Assembly (NCBI GenBank): GCA_900617105.1
Contig: UYFQ01000711.1
Span: 1 to 59,144 of the forward strand
Length of the DNA stretch: 59,144 bases
Reading direction: 5' to 3'
Source of the DNA: Hydrurus foetidus
Lineage: Eukaryota
Shown: one piece after another, positions 31,985-43,727 of the stretch
How the letters are laid out: each line of letters opens with the position of its first letter
How positions within the stretch are numbered: position 1 is the stretch's first letter
The notes under the pieces: generated by a model
Database searches by the model: none
Told to the model about the DNA's origin: nothing
What the model saw: the letters and a program-made list of their open reading frames with translations, nothing else
Position numbers and translations under genes: made by a program

Positions 31985-33713
31985 ATGGGGCTCAATATCT
32001 TCGCATTTTCCCTCTTCGCGGCGTTCGTGTTCGTTGCGAAGAGTGAATGTTTGGTCGCATCTCAGATCCACGATGCCAGATCCATCCCTGACGCCGCACT
32101 TATCATGGAACTCCTTGAACTAACACCAATACCAACACCAATGCCAACAATGCCACCTACAGCATCTACAACAGAGGTATTAACAGCGAATCCAACAGCA
32201 AATCAACCAGCGACTCCTACAAAAGAACCGACGGCGAAACCGACAATTACTAAAAGACACGCCGTTGGCACAGTAAATCAGGTAAGCTCTTTGTTGCTAA
32301 GCGAGATGTTCATGATCGACTTTGATCCTTTCGCTCATCTTTCTCCCCCAGAATTTCAAATTCAGTGATGTCCGTCACAATATGATCCAAAAGAGCTACG
32401 ATCTACTGTTCATAGCAAGGGATGTAATAACGGTTGCTCTTAGACTGAATACGTCTGAAACCGTCTTTATATCGAGGTGACAGTGGCTTATTTCAGTAAT
32501 CAATCATCATTCAATTTATTTCATCGACACTGACTCTGACTAGATTCGCTCACTAAATTATTTATTTTATCAGTCTTGATCCAATCGAGACAACTGCGCC
32601 TCCGCAGAAGCAGAACTTGACAGGTGGTAATTGATACTGTGTGATCACCATCACATTAATGAATTTCTTCTCATTCTCTTGCTTCTCTTAAAATCTGACC
32701 AACCTGTTATAATCACGGCTCTTCTGTGGCATTTTTTCCTGTGATGTAGAATCCTTCCATTCCCACTATATCTCAAGCTGATTGCAAGTACCTCTCTATC
32801 GCAGCAATTTACACTTTGACATACAGGGTACTATCGACGGGCACTCTAACAGAAGAGGTGAGCAGTAACGATTTGCTTGAAGGAGGCTGCCCTTTTCAAG
32901 TCTGTCTTGAGTAGAAATAATTAGATTAGTTTCAAATTAGCTTCATTTTTATTTCTGACTGATCGGGCAATCAATTGGTTCGAAGTGGTTGTCTATGTTG
33001 AATGGCGTTGTCAAGACTAGGGAAGAGGGTTGGTACTATGTACTCTACGAAACAGAGAGTTAGGTGAAAAGAGTGACTTACACACAGATGGAAATAGAGT
33101 TGAACTGTCGATGCGACTCTTGCAAGAAATTTTATCTTATTAGACAGCGCCCTTCATCAACATCCTCAACTTCATATGTTATGTGCCCGCAGGAATTGGA
33201 GAGGAAAGCCATCATTGCGGCCACAGCCGGCGGCTACAACAAGGCCATCTTGGAATACCGATTTGGCTACAGAATTGAATCCGATGGCTTACCGACATGT
33301 GAGCGCAAAATCAGCAACAGCGTTATGCCACTTTATCTATATTGTTTATTTGACTCGAGATATCTTGGGCTGACGCACGCAATCTAATCCCTTCTTCGCC
33401 ACTTCACGTTTTCGAAATAACAGTCTTCGTCAGTGGGGCACCAACCAGCGCCCCAACAGTCTTCGTCAGCGGGGCACCAACCAGCGCCCCAACAGTCTTC
33501 GTCAGCGGGGCACCAACCAGCGCCCCAACAGTCTTCGTCAGCGGGGCACCAACCAGCGCCCCAACAGTCTTCGTCAGCGGGGCACCAACCAGCGCCCCAA
33601 TCGCATCGACCTCCACTGTGAATGTACTTAAGTCCTCCTACTGGGCCATCACGGTACTGGCAGTTATTCCCATATTGTGCGTGGCCTTCGCCTGCTATGC
33701 CTGGTACCGTTGA
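31985..33713 (+). CDS. Copy 2 of the PT-repeat surface protein; expanded repeat and early stop just after the TM helix
   Basis: Signal peptide MGLNIFAFSLFAAFVFVAKS; multi-exon; TGA at 33711 where copy 3 has TGC. Confidence 0.7.
33419..33598 (+). repeat. 5 x 36-bp coding minisatellite (TVFVSGAPTSAP)
   Basis: AACAGTCTTCGTCAGCGGGGCACCAACCAGCGCCCC x5; a single unit in copy 3 (about 37169-37204). Confidence 0.93.
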
Positions 33714-35054
33714 AGGAAAACGCCTAAACGGTACATAATGGACAGGAGTGACGACCCCGAAGGCGCGGATTACATGTACCCCCCTATTTAAGGCAGCCCA
33801 TTTTACTCGATCAGTTTGTGGCATAATATGCACAACAATTGCATCCGAGGTATGGGAGGCGAATTACAAGGTGTACAGTTCGTCGCTACAATTGCAAGTA
33901 CGTACGTGCACCAGCTACGGATGAGATCAGGAAGCAGCGTTACATCTGCAGCAGATAGAAGGCCACTACGATCGTATCGTATGTAAATAAACATCAGCGC
34001 TCACAAGCCTCAGAATCAATTTGACAAGGAGACAACTTTATGGAGTTATGAAGATTGTCGTCCTTGATGTCTTGTGATTCCCAAAGCAACACAATGAGTC
34101 ACTGTGATGCTGTACAGTGTGATGCTGTACAGTGTGATCTACTCAAAATGCCAAGAGGCTGTCAATATCACTCACAATACAACTTAATTTCACATTATTT
34201 ATCAACACATTTGCAAGATATCTGTTCGGTATGTCAGATATTTATGTATGTTCTTAAAAGCCAGCTGTCACAAGGACTTCCATCTGGTATTACATTACAT
34301 CTCATTTATTACGTTTCCTAGTAGGCCAAATTTTATAGACTAGATTAATTTCATGATATGTGCACTGCCTACAAACCCATTCAATTCACTCTGCATAGCT
34401 ATCAATATCTACCACACCCTCGTTGAAGAGACACGTTGAGGTCGGTCGACACCCTTCTCATCTCTACCCTCCTCCGATTTCCCCTTCCCTCTATATCCAT
34501 CCCAACTGCAGTCTAATTAAATTTAAGTAACACATCCTTTTGGTAGCACAGAGTCATTCAATTTTGCCTTCTCGTAATGTTACAGTATATCAGGAATTTT
34601 AGATATTCCAACCTAAAAATGTTCCTCTAGATTCTACATAATCTTGCGCTGGAAGATGCCTCTTTGCACTTCACATTTTTGTGTACGAGCGCATTCTGGG
34701 CTCAAGGAAATACGGAAAATTAAAAGGCGTACTCAACTGGTGGTGTGAAAAGATTCTGTGGAAAAGCCCTTCGTTTACCGCCTACTGCAATGGCATTCAT
34801 CGACTAAGGCCCCGGATATCAGCTTGAGAACGGTTTCCTGTAGCTGGTACCATCTAGCGCTCCTGTTTGTCAGCTCAATCTGACAAAACGGGTGTTGATG
34901 CGGTGGTGTGAGGATCCTCCTCCGTGTCCCCAGTCGTCCCGGCCCCCTGTGCAGCCTGTTGGACTCCGAGACCCGAGACCCGACCGTTTTTATTGGAGAA
35001 CAACTTTGTGCCGTTGTACGTTGTACAGAAACAAAAATACTATATAGGCGCCTA

Positions 35055-35486
35055 ACGTAGAGACCGGTTGCATAAGAATCGTTTGTCGTTATAATGCGGC
35101 TAAAATTATGGAATCAAAAGGACACCACCGATGAATCTCAAAAATGCTCATTACTGTGACACTAACTCAAAATAAAATTGTCCTAATTGGGGGTGAAAAA
35201 AATGCTCGTATCTAAACCCAGTCAAGTGCTCATGACTCCTATGGTTGGTTTTACTCCCAAAACAGAGTAAATATCCGAAATACAGACTGAAAACAGGTCT
35301 GAGCACGGTTGATATCATCATTTCCAATTTGAATTCATGAATGTTCTCAGATATTTTATTCTTTATTTGCATTATGATAATCTTTTGCATAATAATGTTG
35401 ACGATATTATAGTACAAAAGGACTACAACTGACAGAAAATTTCAAAAATTATTGACAACCGGTTATTATACAAACGGTCTCTACGT
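35055..35486. mobile_element. MITE (TA target duplication), termini related to the 6880 MITE
   Basis: About 33-bp imperfect TIRs ACGTAGAGACCG(G/T)TTG..., TA on both sides, AT-rich interior. Confidence 0.85.
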
Positions 35487-35719
35487 TATGTTATGCCCAT
35501 GCCCTACGGGGTTTTTTTGTAGAAAGTGAAAGTGCTACCCACTCCACTCACGATGTAGAGGATATTGTGAAAATTTCACCTACGGTACTGAATGTACTGA
35601 ACATAGTGCCAAGAAGTAAGAAGGGAGTGACAGATCACAGGGATTCCAAAGCTTATGGATGGAAGCATCTCATCGAATAGAGAAACACCAAACTCAAAAG
35701 CTGCCTGAATCCTCGTGAA

Positions 35720-37397
35720 ATGGGGCTCAATATCTTCGCATTTTCCCTCTTCGCGGCGTTCGTGTTCGTTGCGAAGAGTGAATGTTTGGTCGCATCTCAG
35801 ATCCACGATGCCAGATCCATCCCTGACGCCGCACTTATCATGGAACTCCTTGAACTAACACCAATACCAACACCAATGCCAACAATGCCACCTACAGCAT
35901 CTACAACAGAGGTATTAACAGCGAATCCAACAGCAAATCCAACAGCGACTCCTACAAAAAAACCTCCTACAATAAAACCGACGGCGAAACCGACAATTAC
36001 TAAAAGACACGCCATTGGCACAGTAAATCAGGTAAGCTCTTTGTTGCTAAGCGATGTGTTCATGATCGACTTTGATCCTTTCGCTCATCTTTCTCCCCCA
36101 GAATTTCAAATTCAGTTATGTCCGTCACAATATGACCCAAAAGAGCTACGATCTACTGTACATAGCAAGGGATGTAATAACGGTTGCTCTTAGACTGAAT
36201 ACGTCTGAAACCGTTCTTATATCGAGGTGACAGTGGCTTATTTCAGTAATCAATCATCATTCAATTTATTTCATCGACACTGACTCTGACTAGATTCGCT
36301 CACTAAATTATTTATTTTATCAGTCTTGATCCAATCGAGACAACTGCGCCTCCGCAGAAGCAGAACTTGACAGGTGGTAATTGATACTGTGTGATCACCA
36401 TCACATTAATGAATTTCTTCTCATTCTCCTGCTTCTCCTAAAATCTGACCAACCTGTTATAATCACGGCTCTTCTGTGGCATTTTTTCCTGTGATGTAGA
36501 ATCCTTCCATTCCCACTATATCTCAAGCTGATCGCAAGTACCTCTCTATCGCAGCAATTTACACTTTGACATACAGGGTACTATCGACGGGCATTCTAAC
36601 AGAAGAGGTGAGCAGTAACGATTTGCTTGAAGGAGGCTGCCCTTTTCAAGTCTGTCTTGAGTAGAAATAATTAGATTAGTTTCAAATTAGCTTCATTTTT
36701 ATTTCTGACTGATCGGGCAATCAATTGGTTCGAAGTGGTTGTCTATGTTGAATGGCGTTGTCAAGACTAGGGAAGAGGGTTGGTACTATGTACTCTACGA
36801 AACAGAGAGTTAGGTGAAAAGAGTGACTTACACACAGATGGAAATAGAGTTGAACTGTCGATGCGACTCTTGCAAGAAATTTTATCTTATTAGACAGCGC
36901 CCTTCATCAACATCCTCAACTTCATATGTTATGTGCCCGCAGGAATTGGAGAGGAAAGCCATGATTGCGGCCACGGTCGGCGACTACAACAAGGCCATCT
37001 TGGATTACAGATTTGGCTACAGAATTGAATCCGATGGCTTACCGACATGTGAGCGCAAAATCAGCAACAGCGTTATGCCACTTTATCTATATTGTTTATT
37101 TGACTCGAGATGTCTTGGGCTGACGCACGCAACCTAATCCCTTCTTCGCCACTTCACGTTTTCGAAATAACAGTCTTCATCAGCGGGGCACCAACCAGCG
37201 CCCCAATCGCATCGACCTCCACTGTGAATGTACTTAAGTCCTCCTACTGGGCCATCACGGTACTGGCAGTTATTCCCATATTGTGCGTGGCCTTCGCCTG
37301 CTATGCCGGGTACCGCTGCAGGAAAATGCCTAAACGGTACATAATGGAAAGAAGTGACGACCCCGAAGGCGCGGATTACATGTACCCCCCTATTTAA
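35720..37397 (+). CDS. Copy 3 of the PT-repeat type-I membrane protein (most intact; about 6 exons, one junction unresolved)
   Basis: Signal peptide, PTxxP repeats, GT-AG introns, TM helix YWAITVLAVIPILCVAFACYAGY, short tail ending YMYPPI. Confidence 0.75.
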
Positions 37398-38898
37398 GGC
37401 AGCCCATTTTACTCGATCAGTTTGTGGCATGATATGCACAACAATTGCATCCGAGGTATGGGAGGCGAATTACAAGGTGTACAGTTCGTCACTACAATTG
37501 CAAGTACGTACGTGCACCAGCTACGGATGAGATCAGGAAGCAGCGTTACATCTGCAGCAGATAGAAGGCCACTACGATCGTATCGTATGTAAATGCTGAT
37601 TGCACATCAGCGCTCACAAGCCTCAGAATCAATTTGACAAGGAGACAACTTTATGGAGTTATGAAGATTGTCGTCCTTGATGTCTTGTGATTCCCAAAGC
37701 AACACAATGAGTCACTGTGATGCTGTACAGTGTGATCTACTCAAAATGCCAAGAGGCTGTCAACATCACCCACTAAAGTCCCACATGTCCCCACAATACA
37801 ACTTAATTTCACATTATTTATCAACACATTTGTAAGATATCTGTTCGGTATGTCAGATATTTATGTATGTTCTTAAAAGCCAGCTGTCACAAGAACTTCC
37901 ATCTGGCATTACATTACATCTCATTTATTACGTTTCCTAGTAGGCCAAATTTTATAGACTAGATTAATTTCATGATATGTGCACTGCCTACAAACCCATT
38001 CAATTCACTCTGCATAGCTATCAATATCTACCACACCCTCGTTGAAGAGACACGTTGAGGTCGGTCGACACCCTTCTCATCTCTACCCTCCTCCGATTCC
38101 CCCTTCCCTCTATATCCATCCCAACTGCAGTCTAATTAAATTTAAGTAACACATCCTTTTGGTAGCACAGAGTCATTCAATTTTGCCTTCTCGTAATGTT
38201 ACAGTATATCAGGAATTTTAGATATTCCAACCTAAAAATGTTCCTCTAGATTCTACATAATCTTGCCCTGGAAGATGCCTCTTTGCACTTCACATTTTTG
38301 TGTGCGAGCGCATTCTGGGCTCAAGGAAATACGGAAAATTAAAAGGCGTAATCAACTGGTGGTGTGAAAAGATTCTGTGGAAAAGCCCTTCGTTTACTGC
38401 CTACTGCAATGGCATTCATCGACTAAGGCCCCGGATATCAGCTTGAGAATGGTTTCCTGTAGCTGGTACCATCTAGCGCTCCTGTTTGTCAGCTCAATCT
38501 GACAAAAACGGGTGTTGATGCGGTGGTGTGAGGATCCTCCTGCGTGTCCCCAGTCGTCCCGGCCCCCTGTGCAGCCTGTTGGACTCCGAGACCCGAGACC
38601 CGACCGTTTTTATTGGAGAACAACTTTGTGCCGTTGTACGTTGTACAGAAACAAAAATAATATGTAGGTCCGACAGCAGTTGAGTTCGGTTGCTTTTAGC
38701 ATGTTCAGCAACAATGCCATGAATGGAGTCCTAAACTTTGGCATATTATCGTTTTCTCTTGAAGAGCAGGGGATTCCTTCGCGAGGAAATTTTCATCGGT
38801 GTCAAGGCCATGATTGAATGGATCTCTGGCATCGATAAGCAATAAAAGCACTGTCATCACTATAATACAACCCCTCAGTCAACTCTAGCCCGGTTGAA

Positions 38899-40118
38899 AT
38901 GGTGGATCGACTATCAGAATTTAAGAAGGGTGCGGTCGCAGTTAACCCCGACGATGTTGCAATTGACATGGATCTAGCAGATGCCGGTACAGGTAAGAAA
39001 CCTATGATTTTCAACGGATTACTGTCGTCTTCCTAAAATCAGCTTTTGCTCCTATGAAATTTTCACCGCACCACGAGCTCTCAATGCCGACGGAGCTTTT
39101 ATGCAGGAATTCTTTGGTCACGTCGAGTACGTGAAGCGTAATATTATTGTTATCAGAGAAGCGACCACGCGAGTAGGGGAAATAAACCAGCAGGTACACG
39201 AACTCTTGACACGATTAACCCCACATGTCAAACATACTCGCAAAATACAGGCAAGAGAACTCACATATAGTATGCATACATAAATAAATCAGGTTGTTCT
39301 GGCCACAACGAACGAACATGAGCAGGATGAGAGCAAAGAACTCACAGTCCTAATTACGAACACCAACAAAAAAGCAGCTGTCGCGAAGCAGTTGCTGAAA
39401 AAATTAAGGGAGGATACTGAGGCATTAAAATTGAAACCTGGTCCAAAGCAATCAGAGATTAGAATACGTGAAAATCTTGCGAGCACCCTCACTAGAAAAT
39501 TTGTTGATGTTATGAAAGAGTATCAAAACGCCCAGACAAAATATAAAACTGATATTAAGAAAAAAGTGAAGAGGCAAGTTCAGATTATTAAGCCTGATGC
39601 CACTGCAGAGGAGATAGATGCTGTTCTGAAAAGTGGGGGAGGCTCCGGTGAGATCATGAAAGGCGCGATATTGAAGGTTAGCGAATTACCACTTTCAGCT
39701 CCTCGGATCTCTAGTATGACTAATGATGTCTTTCTTTTCGATCATGAAATCACAGGGTGACGCGGCAGATTCGATAAGAAACGCTTTCGAGAATGTCGCT
39801 TCAAAATATCAGGACGTGTTAGTATTGGAGGCGTCAGTAGCAGAGCTGCACCAGATGTTTCTCGATTTTGCGCTGCTGACTGAGGAACAAGGGGAGCTGT
39901 TGGACCAGATCGAATATCAGGTCAAGTCAGCCTCCGACTACATCGAGGAGGGCAACGTGGACATGGTGCAGGCTATAGCGATCCAGAAGAACATTCGTAA
40001 GAAGCAGTGCTGCATCATCATCACCTGTCTCGTCATCATCGGGATCATAATAGCTATCGTCCTCGCGACTCAGTCCGCTCAAGGGAAACTCGCCGTTGCT
40101 TCCATCAGTAAACGATGA
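38899..40118 (+). CDS. Plasma-membrane-type syntaxin (Qa-SNARE), 4 exons (about 38899-38992, 39078-39193, 39293-39676, 39756-40118)
   Basis: N-peptide MVDRLSEF, Habc segment (FMQEFF, IRIREN), SNARE motif LEASVAELHQMFLDFALLTEEQGELLDQIE, C-terminal TM helix. Confidence 0.95.
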
Positions 40119-40480
40119 GTGTCTCTATTGCGGAGAACTCGAGCTGTCTACTTCGCACATGTATCATCGCCACAAGGCCCTCTGGTTTCGCTTTTGTGTC
40201 TGTTCTGGTTGATGTGTGTGCAAGTCCCATCCCTTCCTATGTCAGACCTCGTTCAATCGATGATGTTCTGTTTTCAGCCGCGACATGCACGTACATATTT
40301 CTTGTTGATGTCTGTGTACTTTTCGACCATAGATGCTGTGTATCTATGCTTCAAGTCACTCATTGAATAATAAAAGTTGAATTTTGATATAACTAAGTGA
40401 GCAACAGAGCAGTTTGCCTGTTACGTACACGTACAACACACACTTATTTTTCCTCAATACGAAGCATGGCATTGTTAAGA

Positions 40481-42448
40481 CTAATAACTATTGAAGAGTT
40501 CTATGTCCATGGCAGCTGAGCATGTCTCCATCCACTCCTCTAGAAGAATCCCTGAGTAACGCTTGATACCGTGCTGCGGGACACTGCTCACGACTGAGGG
40601 GTCAGTGTCTGGTTTGCTGTCTTTACTTGCAAGCAGATCGGATAAAAAATGCTTCCACATTCCGCCATATACACCTCTCCTTGCAGTCGAGTTGCAAGGA
40701 GAGGTGTGCACACCGTAAGAGCCTGTTGATGATGTTGGTGTGCGGCACACACACAGCAGGGACTCCGAGGAGTCTAGGAGGTCACTAGAGAGCAAGGAAG
40801 CGAACAGCGCCTCGAGCCGACGATGTGATTTAGCAGTAACAGAAGCGTCTGTGGATTGGAATGTGTAGTCTGTATGCGTATCAACGTGGCTGCTGCTGTT
40901 GCAGTTATGATAGGCATCGTAAACGTGGCGAGCCATAGCCTCCTCAGGCAGTGCTGCGCTAGTTGCGGTCGATGATCTCTTGCAGTGTCGCTCATCACTG
41001 TCCTCTTGATTCTGTGGTCGGGTTAAACCATCTATGGATCGCAATTCAGAACTTGAAGAAGACATTGCTGATGTTCTATTAGGTTGGACTAGAGCATTGT
41101 GCTCATCAAGCGCTGTTGCAAACTCCTGCTGAGTCATTATGTACGATAAGTCATACGAGAAAATGTCCCCTTCATCCTGCTCCCCTGATGGATATTCACA
41201 AATATGAACAGCTTCTACTACAGCTGGTAGCCATACTGCGCCACGCCCATGCAGAGCCCACACCATACTGCCTTTGACTATCTTCCGAGCTGAATTGGCA
41301 ACTCGCTGGAGCCGATCACACCATCTATTGTCCGAGTTAGCAGTAGAGAGTCGGCAGTGATCTGCTGTGCGGATCAACCTTCTCACAACATGGAATTCTC
41401 TTGATGCAGACTCATGTGCAATGGATAGCCAATCAGCCAAGGTCAAGAAAGTGTCTGAAGGATAGTCGACAGCATTATTTGGAGATTTCGTCATAAAGAG
41501 ATGCCATTTTTTTCGTTTGACCCAGCTCCCAAAAACAGTGTACCGCAACATCATTCTAACATCTGGCAAAGCAGAAATTAGAATTCCAAGGTGGTCGTGA
41601 TGCGGAATGCACAAAACTTGAGCAGTTGAGGAAGAGTGCAAATTGGATGCTGACATTTGACAAAGCTGAAGGAATGACTTCTTCAACGTGATAGCCTGGT
41701 CCCACTTAAACTCGGGATGTCCATTATACCCATCGACAAATCTGCCCAGAACGTGTTCATTAGAGCGTATATCCCTATTATCGAAGAATCTGACTCTTTC
41801 TGTATCTTTGCTGCTGCTGAGCCCGCTGTTGCTCGTGGGGTATATTCGATTCGATGCCAGATTCACACAATTTTCAGATTCAAGGGTTTCTGCCGAGATC
41901 GGCTGTGACAATTGCTCTATTTGATGCCGGAGATGCTGTTGTCCCGAAGCATAATTAGGCATGTGTATGAAATCATCAGTGCTTTTCCGAAGCACAGGAC
42001 TGACATTTCTACTGTGCACCCTTGGATGCATTGACACGATACCTCCTGTCCCATCTGAGGCAAACGATGGTTTCACCTTTACCCGTGTACTCCATTTGTA
42101 GTCCATTATATGTTGAGATGTATCTGTTGAGAATACAGTCTTCAGATAACGTCGCCGCTCCTGCACCTGTTCCAGGGCGCGAATAAAGCTATCAGCATAT
42201 GCATTTTCTTTTACTTCTTGATCCCATCGAAGATGTTTCTCAACAATTCTATTCTGCGTTTCAAAATCTGTGCTGATTTGCTCTTCAATAGCCATTTTCC
42301 CTCTCTCTATGTCTCGATTGTCGATCTCTACATCATACCCCCAGAACCGATCTCCATAACTTCTCTGTTCGTTTTCCATGTCTTCCATGGTGATGTTTCT
42401 TGCGAAAGCATCGAAAATTGCTGAAGAAGCTGAGCTGCTGCAACTCAT
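40481..42448 (-). CDS. Hypothetical protein, 655 aa
   Basis: Long single ORF convergent with the syntaxin; coiled-coil-like N-terminus and a weak Tudor-like segment KGSMVWALHGRGAVWLPAVVEAV. Confidence 0.7.
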   Translation of the reverse strand: MSCSSSASSAIFDAFARNITMEDMENEQRSYGDRFWGYDVEIDNRDIERGKMAIEEQISTDFETQNRIVEKHLRWDQEVKENAYADSFIRALEQVQERRRYLKTVFSTDTSQHIMDYKWSTRVKVKPSFASDGTGGIVSMHPRVHSRNVSPVLRKSTDDFIHMPNYASGQQHLRHQIEQLSQPISAETLESENCVNLASNRIYPTSNSGLSSSKDTERVRFFDNRDIRSNEHVLGRFVDGYNGHPEFKWDQAITLKKSFLQLCQMSASNLHSSSTAQVLCIPHHDHLGILISALPDVRMMLRYTVFGSWVKRKKWHLFMTKSPNNAVDYPSDTFLTLADWLSIAHESASREFHVVRRLIRTADHCRLSTANSDNRWCDRLQRVANSARKIVKGSMVWALHGRGAVWLPAVVEAVHICEYPSGEQDEGDIFSYDLSYIMTQQEFATALDEHNALVQPNRTSAMSSSSSELRSIDGLTRPQNQEDSDERHCKRSSTATSAALPEEAMARHVYDAYHNCNSSSHVDTHTDYTFQSTDASVTAKSHRRLEALFASLLSSDLLDSSESLLCVCRTPTSSTGSYGVHTSPCNSTARRGVYGGMWKHFLSDLLASKDSKPDTDPSVVSSVPQHGIKRYSGILLEEWMETCSAAMDIELFNSY

Positions 42449-42988
42449 AACTCAATAAATTGGCACTTAGTCTCGTGAGTCGTGAGTTGAGTTGAGAAGT
42501 CGTCATGAAGCGAAGTAACTGAAAGCTGAAAAAGGGGTTGGGGTTGGGGGTTGGGAAAAGTTTCATGGCTCGTTGGTGTAGTACCGTATAGATACAACTC
42601 GGGCAGCTGACGCGGACACACGGACCACGGACCTCATTTGTGCTTCAACTGACTTGAACTGGACATAACTAGGGACTGACTATTTGCCAGCGCACCACAT
42701 GATCAGGTTTACGAAGGATACTCATGAGAAACTGGATCAAGAGATAGCGGTGGTAATCACAGTACGATCGAGAGGTCCCGCCTAGTAGTAGGACACTGAT
42801 CGCATTTGGATAAGGGCTCATGAACAATCGTGTTCTCTGCTAATGTAAGGTTTTGAGCGATGCGACTTCCGAAAGAGAGGCGGTGTGACATTTGAAAAGT
42901 TGTTTTTGATCAATACAATTGAATAATTTGAGTAAGAATGCGTCACGAAATAAATGGAAATATGGAGGATATTTGCTGAAAACTAGCT

Positions 42989-42989
<1 letters not shown>

Positions 42990-43021
<32 letters not shown>
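42990..43021 (+). repeat. (CT)16 microsatellite
   Basis: Read directly from the sequence. Confidence 0.95.
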
Positions 43022-43024
<3 letters not shown>

Positions 43025-43727
43025 GCTGTATCGCGCAAGCCATTACACTGGTAAACAGCGAGTAATAGATACCAAACATATATGAGATAGTCTACTAAAT
43101 TTCTATACAGGAAAAAATAAAATAAAATAAAATAAAAGATGTAACAAATAGAAAATGAACCATCAAGGCCGAATGAGACATTGATATCATAAAGAAGGAT
43201 CGATCCCGTATCGAACAATTTAAAAATAAAAGTCATGGAAAACTATTACTGAAGTCTAGTCGTTTTAAGCGAACATGGAGTTGCTTCGGAAAAGAATAGT
43301 ATGTGATGTGTAGTGCATTTTAGCTGTCGAAAATATGCCCTTGTTTTCCTTGTACTCGCCTGTCGCTAAATTAAAATTCCAACTCTATCCGCTCCATAAA
43401 CTTCTACCGCTTGTCGAACTCATCATCGTACTTAGACAGAATGGTATAGACTACAGGGACTTCTCATGGTCGAACATGATCAGACAGACTTCATCTAAGC
43501 TGCGACTGCTAGAGTACATTGTTATGCTGCGCATACTAAGTAAGCGCTATTACTGTGATGTGAGGTGATATCTATCGCATCCATCGAAATGAATAAAAAG
43601 AGACGATAACTGCCACTTATCTCCGGCAGCACATTTTCTGAATAGCAGATAAGATCTAATCATTTCATAACAGATCTGACGGTGCCTACTTCATCAAGTA
43701 GACCAGATCGACAGAAAAATCCTGGAT

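Larger units (their letters stand above)
31835..35048 (+). repeat. Tandem segmental duplication of about 3.1-3.2 kb (partner about 35570-38668)
   Basis: Colinear near-identity through the gene, introns and downstream region to ...GTACAGAAACAAAAATA. Confidence 0.95.

Noticed and set aside
33384..33833. Minus-strand ORF with CWGAGWCPADED repeats
   Set aside because: It is an antisense reading of the 36-bp repeat. The plus strand carries the signal peptide, splice sites and TM helix.
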